Shown: positions 48,301 through 62,406, counted from the first letter of the stretch. The stretch is DNA of 64,000 bases from Octopus sinensis (GCF_006345805.1 NC_043008.1:67580001-67644000); one strand, 5' to 3'. Numbers and translations: made by a program. Notes: generated by a model from the sequence alone, not told the origin.

Positions 48301-51011
48301 AGATCCGACATCTTGATTATAAATCGCAATTTTCTATCGATATTCGGCATATCTCAGATTCTCGTAATATTGTTGTTGATGCTTGTTTGTTTGCTTGTTG
48401 AGCGAAGCGGTCTTCGTCCCAGAGCTCGCAAGATCGTGCCTCTGTAGTGGGAGAAGTCCGAAACGTGGTCCTTTGATATTCGTAAGACCCGCAGTAGAGA
48501 AAGCAGGTCAACCCCCGACACCGAGAGCATCGACGGATGGATGAATGCGCATCCAGGCTCAGCGGTTGCGTAGGAAGTCGGGGACAAGAAACAGGAAGAA
48601 AGAGTGAGAGAAAATTGGAGCGAAAGAGTACAACAGGGGTCGCCACCACCTCATGCCGGAGCCTCATGGAGCTTTAGGTGTTTTCGCTCAATAAACACAT
48701 ACAACGCCCGGTCTGGGAATCGAAACCGCGATCCTCCGACCGCGAGTCCGCTACCCTAACCATTGGACCATTGCGCCTCCACTGTTGTTGATGCCTTATC
48801 CCGCTTGCCTCTCTGTTCATTGTCGTCTGCTTCTACGATAGATTTGATTGCCTTGGCAGCTGACCATTCATTACTATCGTCTTTGGATGTTACATCTGAG
48901 GAATTCGCAACATGCCAATTCAAATATTTGCCGCTACTAGCTTTACCAGCTTCAGACGGAGGGATATTGTGTGATACTTCGAGTGGCTCATCCCATCCAC
49001 TCGTACCAGAGTATCATCGTCGCACTGTTTTCAAAGCCCTGCATACCTTATCATATCCTGGTGTAACAGCTTCTGTGAAGCTCATTTATGCTCGTTTTTT
49101 TTCGCCAAATATGAGACGCCAAATCCCTGAATGGGCACGCGCATGCCTTCAGTGTCAACGTTCTAAGGTTCGTCGCCATGTTCGTTCACCTCTTGGTTAA
49201 TTTCAGCATCCAGACGCCCGCTTCTAACATATACATATCGATCTAGTTGGGCCTTGACCACCTAACCACGGATTCACATACATTCTTACCTGCATTGATC
49301 GATTTTCGTGTTGGCCTGAAGCCATCCCGCTTGTCGACATAAGTGCTGAATCCGTGGCTCAAGCCCTCATCTCAGGTTGGATTCCTCGCTTTGGAGTTCC
49401 TTTACACGTCACGACGGATTGTGAAAGACAATTCGCGTCACGGCTATTCAACCAACTTTCTGCTATCCTGGGAGTTCGCCATATCTGTACGACCAGTTAC
49501 CATCCAGCTTCGAACGGTATGGTAGAACGCTTCCACAGACAATTAAAAGCATCTCTCCGCGCATACCCTGATCCTCAAAGGTGAAGCGAATACCTACCTC
49601 TCGTTCTTTTAGGTTGTCGCTCCTCCGTGAAAGAGGATTTGGGATTTTCTGCCGTGGAATTATTATACGAATCACCACTGTCTTTACCCCGGCCAAATGC
49701 TGACCCCTGTATATATTTCAGCACAAGACCCAGCTACCTATGTTCATCGTCTGCCAACCTATTTTTCTTACCTTCCACCAATGTCGTCTAGATTGTGTCT
49801 GCTGCTGTTCCAGCTAATATTGGTAAATGGACCCACGTTTTTCTCAGGTACGATTTTGTGAAAGGTCCTCTTACTCAACCCTATATGGGGCCTTATCTTG
49901 TCCTGGGAAAGCATTAAACACGTTTTCCATAGACATTAATGGATCTAAACTGACTGTTTCAATTGATAGGGTGAAGCAAACTTTTTCTGAAGCTCTCACT
50001 CCAGAACCAAATGTCCCCATCCACTTTCCAGTCCGCAGACACCGCACTCACGCTAACACCACCACCATCACACAAGCATGCATCTCCCGCCACACGTCAC
50101 GATTACCCGGGCTGGGTGTCGTGTACACTGGTCAAAAAAATTGTGTACCCTGACCTTTACAATTCTTGGCATTTTCCACTCATTTTATTTGAACATTTTA
50201 GTACGTTTTGGCTTTTACCACATTTTTGACATTTTCTTATGTGGCACATACCGTGTCTTCAAACTTTTGGAACTACTGCGTGAATTTTTGCATGTTTTAT
50301 TTTTTCTTTTCACTGTTGGATGTTTTTTTTTTCCTTTTTCTTACATTTTGTGCATGACTTTTCTGATATTTTCACTCATTCTACTTTGTTCTCTAGGTTG
50401 GCCTTTTGCTACAACATACCTCTTTTTTGACTTGCAGTGGCGGGGGAGTAGTATAGCACGGCTATAAGGAACATGGTAGAGTTATGCTCTTTCATTTTGT
50501 CATCGGTAAGTGGCGCTGCGATGTCACTTCCGCTAGTGGGGTATAAAAATTCCTAGAGGGACAACAAATCTTTCTCTTTTTCCGCTATGCTCACTCGTGA
50601 ACAGTTTGACTTGTCAACTGACACAGCCTAGCAGTTTGACTTGTCAAACTGACACAGCCTAGCAGTTTGACTTGTCAACTGAAACTGCCTAGCAGTTTGA
50701 CTTGTCAACTGACACAGCCTAGTAGTTTGACTTGTCAACTGACACAATCAGCGAGGACTGCCAGCTTGCTTTGCCTTTGGCTATTACTGCTACCGCATTA
50801 TGTGGCTGGCCCATTTCTTACTCTCTTCTGTTTCAGCGTCAATCACATAAGATGTAGCCAAGTTTGTACAACTTTTATTAATTCACATTCACTTTTTGTA
50901 TGAGACCTGTTATAAAAACTTGTTGAGCTTTGACTCGATATTGTTTGTCACACCAGTACACGCACCTTAACACAAACAAGAACACAGGGTTCATGTTTAC
51001 TCTTCACTAAA
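45374..51011 (+). mobile_element. Decayed Ty3/Gypsy LTR retrotransposon
   Basis: LTRs 45374-45820 and 50452-51011; PBS TGGTGATCCCAACG (45822); PPT 50439-50451; gag WFAQVEA, protease VDTGAS, RT YIDD, RNase H YSTFGRELLA/TDHKPL, integrase HHCC and YHPASNGMVER, in Gypsy order. Confidence 0.93.
48383..48782 (-). mobile_element. tRNA-derived SINE inserted in Gypsy pol with 12-bp TSD
   Basis: TSD tgttgttgatgc at 48371-48382 and 48783-48794 splits the RNase H VVDALSR motif. Confidence 0.85.
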
Positions 51012-51314
51012 AGGTAATGCAATTGAAAAAAAAACCCCGCATTATTTATGGGATGACCCAATAAATACATTACTGCTCTGTTTAGAGTGTTTCTTTTTTA
51101 GATATATGATCCACTGGTGATATATATAGGGGAGAATTCACAAAAAACACAGAAAAAAAACAGAAGACGAAGACAGGTGATGTAGATAACAAACAGATGT
51201 ATTAGTATAACGCTCGGGAAGTGAAAAAGTCTTTAACGCTTCGAGCCTACACTCTTCCGCAGAAAAGAATACAGAAAGAAACAAGGAGAGAAAATAAAGA
51301 ATGTGTAGTGGCTA

Positions 51315-51409
<95 letters not shown>

Positions 51410-51904
51410 GTTCTTAGCTTTAAAAGTGTTGAGGAAGGCTTGGTTGGAAGTCTAACCTACCGAGTTCTTTACAGGGCTTATGTGAATCTGAGCGGGGGAA
51501 ATGTTGAATAAATTCATAAATAACTGGTCCTCTTGTATTTTCTTTTACCCAAAGCCAGGAACTTTTCAACACCCCATCGCATAATAGGTTGTTCAACCAT
51601 TATTTTTACACACACACATACACACACACACATATATATATAGGGCGGCTTTTAAGCTAGCTGCTATGGAGGGCTCTTCATTAGGCCTGAGTCCAATAAT
51701 GACACTTCATGCATTGAGTACATATTAAATTTCATAAAACTTGACCTATATTTTCCAAGCAATGAACAATTTCGGTCAAAACAATGATATAATATGTCGA
51801 ATTGGAACTTACTGAAAAGCTTCATGATAAACATCTTTTGTCTTCCCATTCGGGGGGTCAGTACAATTTTTTTTCTGTCAAACCATTTTCTTTCTCTCTC
51901 TCTC

Positions 51905-52640
51905 TTTCTCTGTAACATTGCCAGGCCAGGGACTTTTGGTAATTATCCATAGGCCCCGGACCGAATGTTCTTTGGAACAGGCTGGCCAGTTGATTTTCGT
52001 CGAAGCCCAGGGTTTCTCCCAGGACGTCGTCACACTTAAACTCTACTAACCCTCTATAGAAGAACGAGGTAGTACCCCCGCCACCGGCGTGGCTCGACTG
52101 GGAGAGAAGCACGAGTGCCTGATGGCACTCTACATGCCACATGCCCAACCTCGGTCTACACTTGATCCATGGGTTCAGTTTGGTAAACGATGTGAACTGT
52201 GGAAAAGATGTGAGAGGGACAGTGAAACTGTCCTGCACGCGATTGTGCAATGCCCCAAGGTGACTGAACTCTGGGCTTATGTCGAACACCTGCTGTCGCA
52301 TTCGAGAAGAGTACAACTGTCGAGTGAATCTGTAATTAAGATAGTTCCGCCGACCTCCCTGAATAGGGAGGAGCGAGCGTGTTTTCTCTCGGTAGTTGCT
52401 ATGGCAAAAGAAGTAGTATGGAAGACGAGAGTAAAAGGAATTGCAACAGGCATGTTTATCTCCAGTCTCGAGCTAATCGACTTTTTCGCTTTCCACATGA
52501 AACGGAAAATAAGGGTGGAGAAAAAACGCCTGTCGCAAAGTGTGTTTCGTAAAAGATGGAAGTCTATAGCAAATATGTTGCGAGTGAAAGAACCTGTTTA
52601 ATCGAGAATGTAAAAAAGGAGAAAGCAAAGTCTTCAGTGT
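51905..52640. mobile_element. 5'-inverted Tx1-like LINE 3' fragment
   Basis: 51905-52205 (-) and 52206-52600 (+) both match the ORF2 C-terminus of the 36665-41664 element. Confidence 0.85.
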
Positions 52641-53690
52641 GGAATCTATCTAAGAATTGTACTTTAATGCATCGCTTACGTTGTTTTCTGATTCCTGTTT
52701 AGCATCGGTCTCTTAATTATTGGCCAATGCATACCGACCAAAGGAATTTCGTATTAATATTTTTTCAGTGTAGAGTAATTAAAATATAAATTACAGTAAA
52801 TCCTTAAAATACCTTCTTGTTAAATTCGATAATCATTAATTCGAATGATCGGTAACTTTTTTTTTGTCTTTAGTAGTTGTATGTAACAGACACGGCATTA
52901 TCCTAACAATCTGTAGTTATTTAGTCCTAACTCCACCCCGATCGAACTGTCCTATTATTATAAGCAATTAAAACATCCTGCCTTTTCTACAATAATTCTT
53001 TCTTTCTTTTTTGTTAGAAAGTGCATTTTTTTTTGTTAGAAAGTGTATCTCAGAAAGTATCTAATAACCATAGTGTAGTAGTTCAAGGATGATTTCTAAC
53101 TAGTTGACCGACAAATAGAGGCTCACGCCTTAGCTCAAAGCGACTACTAATATTAAATTGATATTCGCTGGGTTTCTTTTATTTTTTTTTGTATTCAAGT
53201 ATTGGGCTATCTTTCGCATGAAGGGCGAAGCAATTTGGTAATAATCGCCAGGGAGATGACGCGATAAAATATAAAGTGTGCGTATTGTTGGTGTGTCTAC
53301 CCAGCAACTGCCACAGTATTCAGTACTTTTGATTCCAATGATAGAAAAAATTGAAGGAGAGTTAAAAAACAGAAATGTCACGCCAAGCTGAATCAGTAAT
53401 CATCAAAATAACATACTTATACGATTTTTTTTTTTTTTTGAAATCTATTACACATTGCTTGCAATTCAAAAATTCAGTTTTCGATTACATTCGGATCTTT
53501 TCCTTTTGATTGCCAGATTTCAACACCATTTCTAGTTAACCGTTTTGTTCGTAATGTAGCGTTCGTGAGTTCGATATCAGGCTAAACTACCGGCCCCACG
53601 GTGGGATTTCTTTCTTTACGATTATTAGTAAATTCACGTTTATTTATCAATATCGACAACGAATTACTGCCGTTGTTTAGACCGACTCCA

Positions 53691-53930
53691 GTACGTAACT
53701 GGTACTTAATTTATCCCTAACTCTAACCCAAACCCTAAACCTAACCCCTAACCCTAAACCTAACCCCTAACCCTGAACCTAACCCCTAACCCTAAACCTA
53801 ACCAAAGCTAGCGACCGATGCCGGAAGGCTGTCACGAGATAGGGTTAGGGGTTAGGTTTAGGGTTAGGGGTTAGCCTTCAGGTTAGGTTTAGGGTTAGGG
53901 TTTGGGATAAATTAAGTACCAGTTACGCAC
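53691..53930. repeat. Inverted telomere-like repeat arrays bracketed by SINE fragments
   Basis: (CCCTAA variants) 53715-53803, ~36-bp spacer, (TTAGGG variants) 53840-53906. Confidence 0.85.
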
Positions 53931-55094
53931 GCACGCACTGGTGTCGATAGAGCCCCTTGCCGGAACAAATTTACGCAAAAGGTAAATAAACCAGAAATGG
54001 GGAATCAATGTTTCATCGTTTCGGACACGATAAATTAAGTACCAATTACGCACTGGTGTCGAGGATTTTTTTCCCAATTTATATCACAGCCTCCGACAAG
54101 CTGGGGCATCCTTTTATGAAAAAATATTTCGCAAATTTTTACAATACGACCCACACTCCACGAACTCTCATATCCCAGATCTTTTCATTTTGAAGGCCAG
54201 ATTTTCCTAGATAACTAAACAATTTCAAACTTCGTATACTGGTAGAATGTGTCAAAAGAAAACATAATTGTAAACCAAAATGGAAACGGAATTGTAATTT
54301 CTAAGTTTAACGTTGTTTAATAATTCGAATTTTAACCAATGGTATTCTTTCTTTCAACTTCATATCATTTACTGCCTCTCAAAATAGTGTTACTGTGACG
54401 TAAACAGCTATTTTGTGACGTAGTTAACGTACACATGCAAATAGCTAAAATGTAAACATCGGCTTATCGTAAACAGCTAAATTCGCTTGGCATCGTATAC
54501 AGCTTTTTCAGTTCCCTAGAATTATATTTGAAACAAAATAAAAATAAAAAGATTCATACGCATAAATATCCATCCTTAGACACCAGAAAGATTAGAAATG
54601 CAACAAAAATTTAAAATACCGGATCTTTACCTTTTGACCTACAGATTAAAAAAAATAATATCATGCAGCCAAGGCAGCCTAGACACCGCATGTCAAACCT
54701 GTATTACTTTTATAAATGGTTGTAATGAGAACATCCTAAAATACAGCTTTTTCTCACAAAATTGCAGGCCTTGGCTTAAATTAGAACCCATTCATAAAAG
54801 TGCAATTAATTAGCAGAAATGAAACAAGAAGAAGTTTGTTTTCTAACCATGTAGTTCTGGGTTCAATCCCACTGTGTGGCACCTTGGGCAAGAGTCCCCT
54901 ACTATAGCCTCAAACCTACCAAAGCCTTGTGAGTGGATTTCATAGACAGAAACTGAAAGAAACTCATTGCATACATACAAACATACATAAACACACAAAC
55001 ACATATATATGAGCGTTAAACTAATACATCTGTTTGTTTTGTACACCATCTGTCTTCGTCTTTTGTTTTTTCGTGAACTCTCCCCCTATATATA

Positions 55095-55140
<46 letters not shown>

Positions 55141-55151
55141 TATATATATAT

Positions 55152-55194
<43 letters not shown>

Positions 55195-55539
55195 CTGTCT
55201 TTGTGTCTGTGTTTGTCTCCCCCTCTCCACTTGACAACCGGTATTGGTGTCTTTACGTCCCCGTAAATTAGCGTTTCGACAAAAGAGACCGATAGAATAA
55301 GTACTAGACTTTAAAAAAAGTCCAGGGGTCGATTTATTCGACTAAAACCCTTCGAGGCGTTGCTTCAACATAGCTGCAGTCAAATGATTGAAACAAGTAA
55401 AAGAAAAAGAGTTGGTGACAATCTCAACAAAACCGATTGAAATGGCTGCTAGTACATCCCTGACTTACCTCCCCTGAATCAGCCGCAATTTCCCAACCTT
55501 ATACTACTGAGTTATTTCCTTTAGTTCTATTACTGCGAA

Positions 55540-56140
55540 ACTGAATTAGACTTAATTGAGATACGGTTCGGTTTCGTGTCGCGGAAAAGTACTATTGTTA
55601 TCACCTTCTTAATGAAATAGCTGCAGGAGAAAATTCAACTAACACTAAACTATTATATTTGGTATTCTTTGACCTGGAGAAAGCTTTCGACTGAGCATCT
55701 CGCTTTGTGACCTGGCTGTCTCAGAGGAAACTACAACAAAACAAATGACTTGTGAAAGCCTTACAAACAGTGAGCAGGATTACTGTCAGTAAGGTGAGAA
55801 TTAGCCATGAGTATAATGATAAATTTAGAGTAAAGACTTCTGTTGTTAGTCCCCTCATTTTTATAATCGTCCAGCAAACGATAAAAGGGAATTTAAGACT
55901 GGCTGCCCTTGGAAATTATCATATGACAATGACATCATTGTTATTCAGAAATTTATTGTGGAATTAGGAAAGAAATTCAGATGTGGGAGCAAAACTTGGA
56001 TTCAAATATCCTTAAAGTTAACTTGGCAAAGACCAATGATCTAGAAAGCAAGAAAATAATCAGGACTCTGCTCCTTTCAAGTAAGTGATCTTGCTTGATT
56101 TGTAGGAAGAGCATAAGTAGAAATTCCAAACAGTGTAGTT
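55540..56140 (+). mobile_element. Highly decayed RTE-like LINE fragment
   Basis: FGFVSRK, VFFDLEKAFD and SVVSPLIFIIV motifs; same family as 59950-61395. Confidence 0.7.
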
Positions 56141-56734
56141 AGTGTAAACCAGGGTTGGCGAGGAATTACAGGGGCTCGACGATAGCCAAAGGGTCGAATG
56201 GGAGTCGGAGTGTGAAAGACCAGCTCACCCAGATAAACTACTTGAAACACTTAGTCTGCGCCAAACTCATTCCTCACATTGATGTTAATTTCATACATTT
56301 TTCACATTTTCTAACCGTGAAAGCAGTTTCATAAACATTGAAACTTTAATACTGTATACTCTTACACGTAGTTTAAATGTAAAAAGTGTGTCATCTTCAA
56401 TAGAATATCTTAATCTGTTGTACATGTATGTTTTAGCTAACATTTTAATTGCTAGCATCAGTACCTGGTACGCATTTAATATATGATACGTCAGGGTAGG
56501 GTATTAAGATACTTTAAACGAGGAGAGTGGTCGTTGCAGAAGGAGAAGTGGCTAAAGGGAGTCAATGGTGCAAAAAGTCTAGTGGCCCTTGATGTAAATT
56601 ATTGACACACAAGTGCTGCAGTGATATCATAGGAAGGCTAATAGAGAAAGTAGAGTATGTAGAAATCGTCCTGCAGTTAAATATTTTTCAAGATAGCCCC
56701 ATTTGCAAAAGGGGCTATCTTGAAAAATAAATCT

Positions 56735-59590
56735 CATTTGGTCACATTCATCAGGGTGCTTTGGTCAGCCTATGACCCTTTCAGCTGACCCTCGTAGAAG
56801 GGATCTTTTTGAGGAAACAGTGGGGAAACTATATCAGGAAGTAATTCCTTATGTGGAATGAAGTGAAGTGTTTTAGGGAGAACTTTGGAACCGGTCAGAG
56901 AAACATAAAGAAAAAGGGCAGAATGGCTAACATACGCGGAGAGACAACTTGCAACAGTGCTGAAACAAAACGACATCAGAATAGACATGTAGTTAGTGAG
57001 ACTGAAGTTGAAGAAAATCCCAGTTGGAAAGTATCAGACCCAGATGGAGAGCAAGGTTATTAGCTGAAGAATTTTACACAGCTGTGTGAACAGATTACAG
57101 CATATTTTGATGTATGTCTGCAACAGGGACACGTTCCTACGTGGATGACAATGGGACAAATGTTATTATATCTTAAGGATGCCTTGAAAGGTAATTTGGT
57201 GACAAATTTCCAACCTATAACCTGTTCAGAAGCTTATGATTGGTCTGATGGTGGAAATGTTATATAATCACATGGAAAGTAACAATTTACTTCCAACAGA
57301 ACAGAAAGGATGCAGGAAGCAAAGTAGGACAACTAAAGACCAGTTGTTGGTAAAATTATAATTAGAAATTGCAGGTGCAGATTGACAGGATTGAGTGCAG
57401 TATAGTTGGATTACTAAAAAAGCATATAACATGATACTGCACAGTCAGATAGGTTACACAATTAGCACATTTGGAGTGGCAGAGAATGTAGAGATAATGG
57501 TTACTGAAAGTATGAAACATTGAGCACTGTATTGATTGGAGGAAAACAAAAACTTGGGAAGGTGAACTTCAGACATGGTATATTCCAAGGTGATAGCTTA
57601 TCTCCGTACTATTTGTATTGGCCACAGTTTGATATTACAGAAATTTAAAATAGCTTTTGATATGGGAAAAGAGTATGGTCAGATAAATAATTTTTTTATG
57701 GATGATATAAAGTTTTATGAGAAAAATGTGAAGCAACTAGAATGTCTTCTACATATGGTACACATTTTTTCAAATGATATAGGTATGGAATTTGGTGTGG
57801 TATATTGATAATGGAACAGGGAAGATTTGAAGGAAGCTAGAGAATTGAAATGACAAAAAAGCAAACAATGAAATTAGTTGACAAAGGACACTAGTGTAAA
57901 TATTTGGGGATACTGGAGGCAGATGAAATGAAATATAAAGAGATGAAGAAAATTACAAGTAGGAAGAATACAAGGAGAATGTGAAAATATTATAGTTGAG
58001 GTTGAATTCAAAAAATTTTATTGAAGCAATACATGCAAGAGCAGTGGTGGTTATCAGATATGAAACTGAAGTTGTGGATTGGATGAAAAACAAAATATAG
58101 AAACTGGACAGAAAAACCAGAAAGTTGTCGACTATGTATGGAGCCCACCATCTGAAAACTGATATTAACCAGTTGTACTTGAAAAAAGACCAGGCTGGAA
58201 GAGGTTTAATTGCTGTGAAAGGAACATATGCAGTAGGCGCAGGAGTGGCTGTGTGGTAAGTAGCTTGCTTACAAACAACATGGTTCCGGGTTCATTCCCA
58301 CAGCATGGCACCTTGGGCAAGTGTCTTCTATTATAACTTTGGGCCGACTGGAGCTTTGTGAGTGGATTTGGTAGACAGAAACTGAAAGAAGCCTGTCGTA
58401 TATATGTGTATATATATATGTGTGTGTGTGTGTGTATGTTTGTGTATCTGTGTTTGTCTGCCCCAACATCGCTTGACAACCGATGCTGGTGTGTTTACGT
58501 CCCCGTAACTTAGAAGCTTGGCAAAAGAGGCTGATAGAATAAGTACTAGGCTTACAAAGAATAAGTCCTGGGATCTATTTGCTCGATTAAAGGCGGTGCT
58601 CCAGCATGGCCACAGTCAAATGACTGAAACAAGTAAAAGAGAGTAAAAAGAAAGTAAAGAGAGAGGAACAAAGCAACTTACTAGATTATTTACAAATCAG
58701 CACAGAAAAGCTACTAAAAGTAGTGAATAAAGAATAGTCAAACAAGTGTGGAATAGGAGAAAAGGACACAAATGAAATTCAAAGAGAACATTTTAGACAG
58801 ATTAATGAGAAACCTTTGCTTGGTCAGTTTAGGAAAACCTTTCAGAATGAATGTGGAACAAAACCCTCAGCTTAGATGAAAAAGGGCAATTAGAAAAGAG
58901 ATAGGAAGCCTTATTATCACAATTCAAAATCAAGTGCTTCAAACAAACAACTTGAGAAAATATATGTATGAAGAGAAGTTGTTGGCAAAATGTAGAGTAA
59001 ACGAAATTGGGGAAGACAGCAATGGCGCACCTTTTGTAGAAAGCCCCAAGTTGGCCCAAGGAGAATATAAGAAATGATGATCTGATCAAATCATCAGTTT
59101 TGCACTGAAAGCTTCGTCAATGATAACAGTTTTGAAGCTGGAAGTACATGGTATAACCATCATGTAGAAAAAGTACTGGAGTTGGAAAATTGCAAGATGT
59201 GGGATTTTCCAATTCAAACAGATAATGGACAATGAAAGGCAAATTTGCTTAGTGATTTATCCACCATGTCCATTTGATTCCAGGATTGTGAAGAAAAAAG
59301 ATAAAAAGTTTAAAAAATACAATCCCTTAAAATTTGAGAATACGAGGATTTAGAATATGAAATCTGTAAAGGTTTTACTAGTAATAATTGGTGCATTAGT
59401 AAATGTGAGTAAATGACGTAGACAACTGGTTAAAGGAGACAGCAATGGAGTGTCCTGTTGAGCTTCAACATAAGGTTTGCCTCTTTGGAAAAGGAAAATC
59501 ATCTGAATGGTTTTAAGCACTTGAAGGCTTATTGAAATCATGTAGATATCTAAGGTTACAGGTAGTAACCTGCTACCTATGTGAATTCTA
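56735..59590 (+). mobile_element. Highly decayed R4/Dong-like non-LTR element, split by a SINE (58236-58660)
   Basis: NFQPITC, EQKGCRK, GIFQGDSLSP, FMDDIKFY, YLGILE and WDFPIQTD motifs with many stops. Confidence 0.8.
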
Positions 59591-59897
59591 TCAAGGATAA
59601 GATAAATCCTGAGCCAAATATTAATAATCTCTTTTACTTTATGCATAAGGCCGGAAATGCTGGGGGAGGTGGGACATTGATCACATCGATCCCAGTATTT
59701 AACTGGTACTTATTTCATATATATATATACATACATGGAGTGGTTGGCATAAGGAAAAGCAGCCAGCTGTAGAAACATTGCCAGATCAGACTGGAGCCTG
59801 GTGTAGCCTCCTGACTTGCCAGTCTCCAGTCAAACTGTCCAACCCTGCCAGCATGGAAAACAAACATTAAACAATGATGACGACGATGATGATGATT

Positions 59898-59938
<41 letters not shown>

Positions 59939-59949
59939 TATATATATAT

Positions 59950-61395
59950 AGGGTATGATAGGTATTGGTGTCTAGAAGACCCAAAGAGTGTCGAGTAATG
60001 CTAAGTAAGAGCTTTGGATAGACTGTGACACCACAAAACCCTTCCATGGGTTCCTTCCACTGTTAAGGAGTGACACTTCTTCACACAGCTCTCCTCATCC
60101 ATACACAGCACATGACCATACCAGTGCAGTTGTCTCTCTTGCACATGACAGCTGATGTTTTTTTATGTCCAACATTTCTCTCAGGGCACTTACACTCTGT
60201 TGTGCATGCACACTGACATTACACATCCAGTGGGTCATACTAGCTTCATTTCATTCAAGCCTACGCATGTCTTCAGCAGTCACAGCCCATGTTTCACTGC
60301 TGTATAGCATAGCAGTTCACACATGTGCATCATACAATCTACCTTTCACTCTGAGCGAGAGGCCCTTTGTCACCATTAGAGGTAGGAGCATTCTGAACTT
60401 TGCCCAGGCAATTCTTATTCTAGTGGCAATGCTCTCTGAGCATCCACCCCCCACTACAGACTTGGCCACCTAGATAGTGGAAACTATCAACTACTTCTAG
60501 CTTCTTCTCCTGGCATGTGATGGAATCAGTTTTCTGAGCATCGCCGGTGTTTATTGCCCCAGTGCATCTGCCACACACAAAAGCTATCTTCCCAGTTAAC
60601 CTTCCTTTCATGTTGCTGCACAACTTATGCATCCATAGCTTACACTGGATGCATCTCATGGAGTTTCTACCTACATCTTTTCTACAGATTGAGCAGGGCC
60701 ATCTACCTGAAGGGGTTTGTGATGCATTTGTCTTCCTACTTACTAGGACTTTGGTTTTTGCAGCATTGACTCTAAGGCCCTTCTATTCTAAACCTTGCTT
60801 CCACACCTAAAATTTATTCTCTAGTTCTGGTAGTGATTCCACTATGAGAGCAAGGTCATCAGCATAGAGGAGTTCCCAGGAGCAACCTGTCTTGAATTCC
60901 TCTGTTATTGCCTGGAGGACTATGATGTATAAAAGGAGGCTGAGAGCTGATCCTTGGTGGACCCCTACTTCTACCCAGAATTCTTCACTATACTCATTGC
61001 CGACCCTTACCTTAGTAACAGTATCCCTGTACAGGGCCTGTACAGCTCTTATTAACCACTCGCCAATCCCCAGTTTCTACATCTCCCACCAGATAAGGGA
61101 TTGGGGACTGTGTCAAAGGCTTTCTCCAGGTCAACAAAAGCCAAGTATAGGGGTTTATCTTTGGCTAGGTATTTCTCCTGCAGTTGCTATACCAGGAATA
61201 TAGCATCAATGGTACATCTACTAGCCACAAAACCGAACTGCATCTCATCTAAGCAGACTCTCTCCCTAATTAGTTGGGTTATGACCCTCTCTGTGATCTT
61301 CATCACCTGATCCAGCAGTTTGATACCCCTGTAGTTATTTCTATCTAATGCATCACCTTTATCTTTGTTGCAATTGACTATGGTGCTGCTATGCC
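59950..61395 (-). mobile_element. Decayed RTE-like LINE (RT + PHD-like finger)
   Basis: NYRGIKLL, MQFGF, FVDLEKAFD, GVHQGSALS, ELLYADDL; CxxC..CIQCKLWMHKLC..CGRC. Confidence 0.85.
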
Positions 61396-61939
61396 ATATA
61401 TACATATGTGTATGCCCCTTTGTATTATAGTATGATAGTTCAGTTGGTGTGACAGGCTTTTGTAGTTTCCATCAATTCAAATTTATTCACCAATCTTGAG
61501 GTGGCTTCTGACCATGGCTCAAGATGCCATGCAGTAGAACTGAACCTAGGACCTCATGCTTGAGAAACAAACTTCTTAACTTATGCCCGCACTTGTACCC
61601 TTATGAGTGTGTGAGAGAGAGAGACGGACAGAATGAAAAGAGGCATGATCTAATGACAGGGGTGACAAGTTTACAGTCAGAGCGTCATAGGTTCAATTCT
61701 TCTGATTGGACAGCTCATGTGTCCCTGAACATGGCACTTCCTTCCACAATACTCCAGTCTGCTCATCTATAAACTTGTACCGGATAGTTGTTGATGTAAC
61801 CCCTGTCTTTCTCTTTTTATTTTTCTCTCGAGCTGGATGGGCCAAAAGGATATCTATGATTGCTTGTGACCACATAGTTACTTAAAACAATTAGGGGAAG
61901 TATGGTACACACTACATAGTCATACATACTGGATATGTG

Positions 61940-62345
61940 CAGGTAAGGCTGTGTAATATGAAGCTTGTTTCCCAACCATATGGTTCTAAGTTCAGTCCCA
62001 CTGTGTGGCACCTTGGGTAAGAGTTTTCTACTATAACCTTGGGCTTACCAAAGCTTTGTGTTGTGGATTTGGTAGATGGAAACTGAAAGAAGCCCATCAT
62101 ATATATGTATAGATTTTGTAAATATCTATGTGTGTGTGTCTTTGGGTTTGTCCCCCATCAGCACTTGACAACTGGTGTTGGTATGTTTAAATCCCTGTAA
62201 CCTAGTGGTTTGGCAAAAGAAACTGATAGAATAAGTACTAAGCATTAAAAACAAGTCCAGGGGTCAACTTGTTTGACTAAAACTCTTCAAGATGTTGCTC
62301 CAGCATGGCCACAGTTAAATGACTGAAAGAAGTAAAAGAATAAAA
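61940..62345 (+). mobile_element. OK/OR-like SINE (older copy)
   Basis: Same family as 5705-6106. Confidence 0.75.
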
Positions 62346-62406
62346 GCATACTACTTGTGAGTTGTGGCCTTTTGAGGAATACATGTGCATGTGTATGTGT
62401 GAATAT

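Noticed and set aside
48690-48782. tRNA gene
   Set aside because: It is the tRNA-derived head of a SINE with a TSD; the same applies to the other A/B-box hits.
50601-50750. 30-bp palindromic repeats as CRISPR
   Set aside because: Head-to-tail units with no unique spacers, lying inside an LTR.
53715-53906. Ancestral chromosome end-to-end fusion site
   Set aside because: A fusion gives (TTAGGG)n followed by (CCCTAA)n; the order here is reversed.
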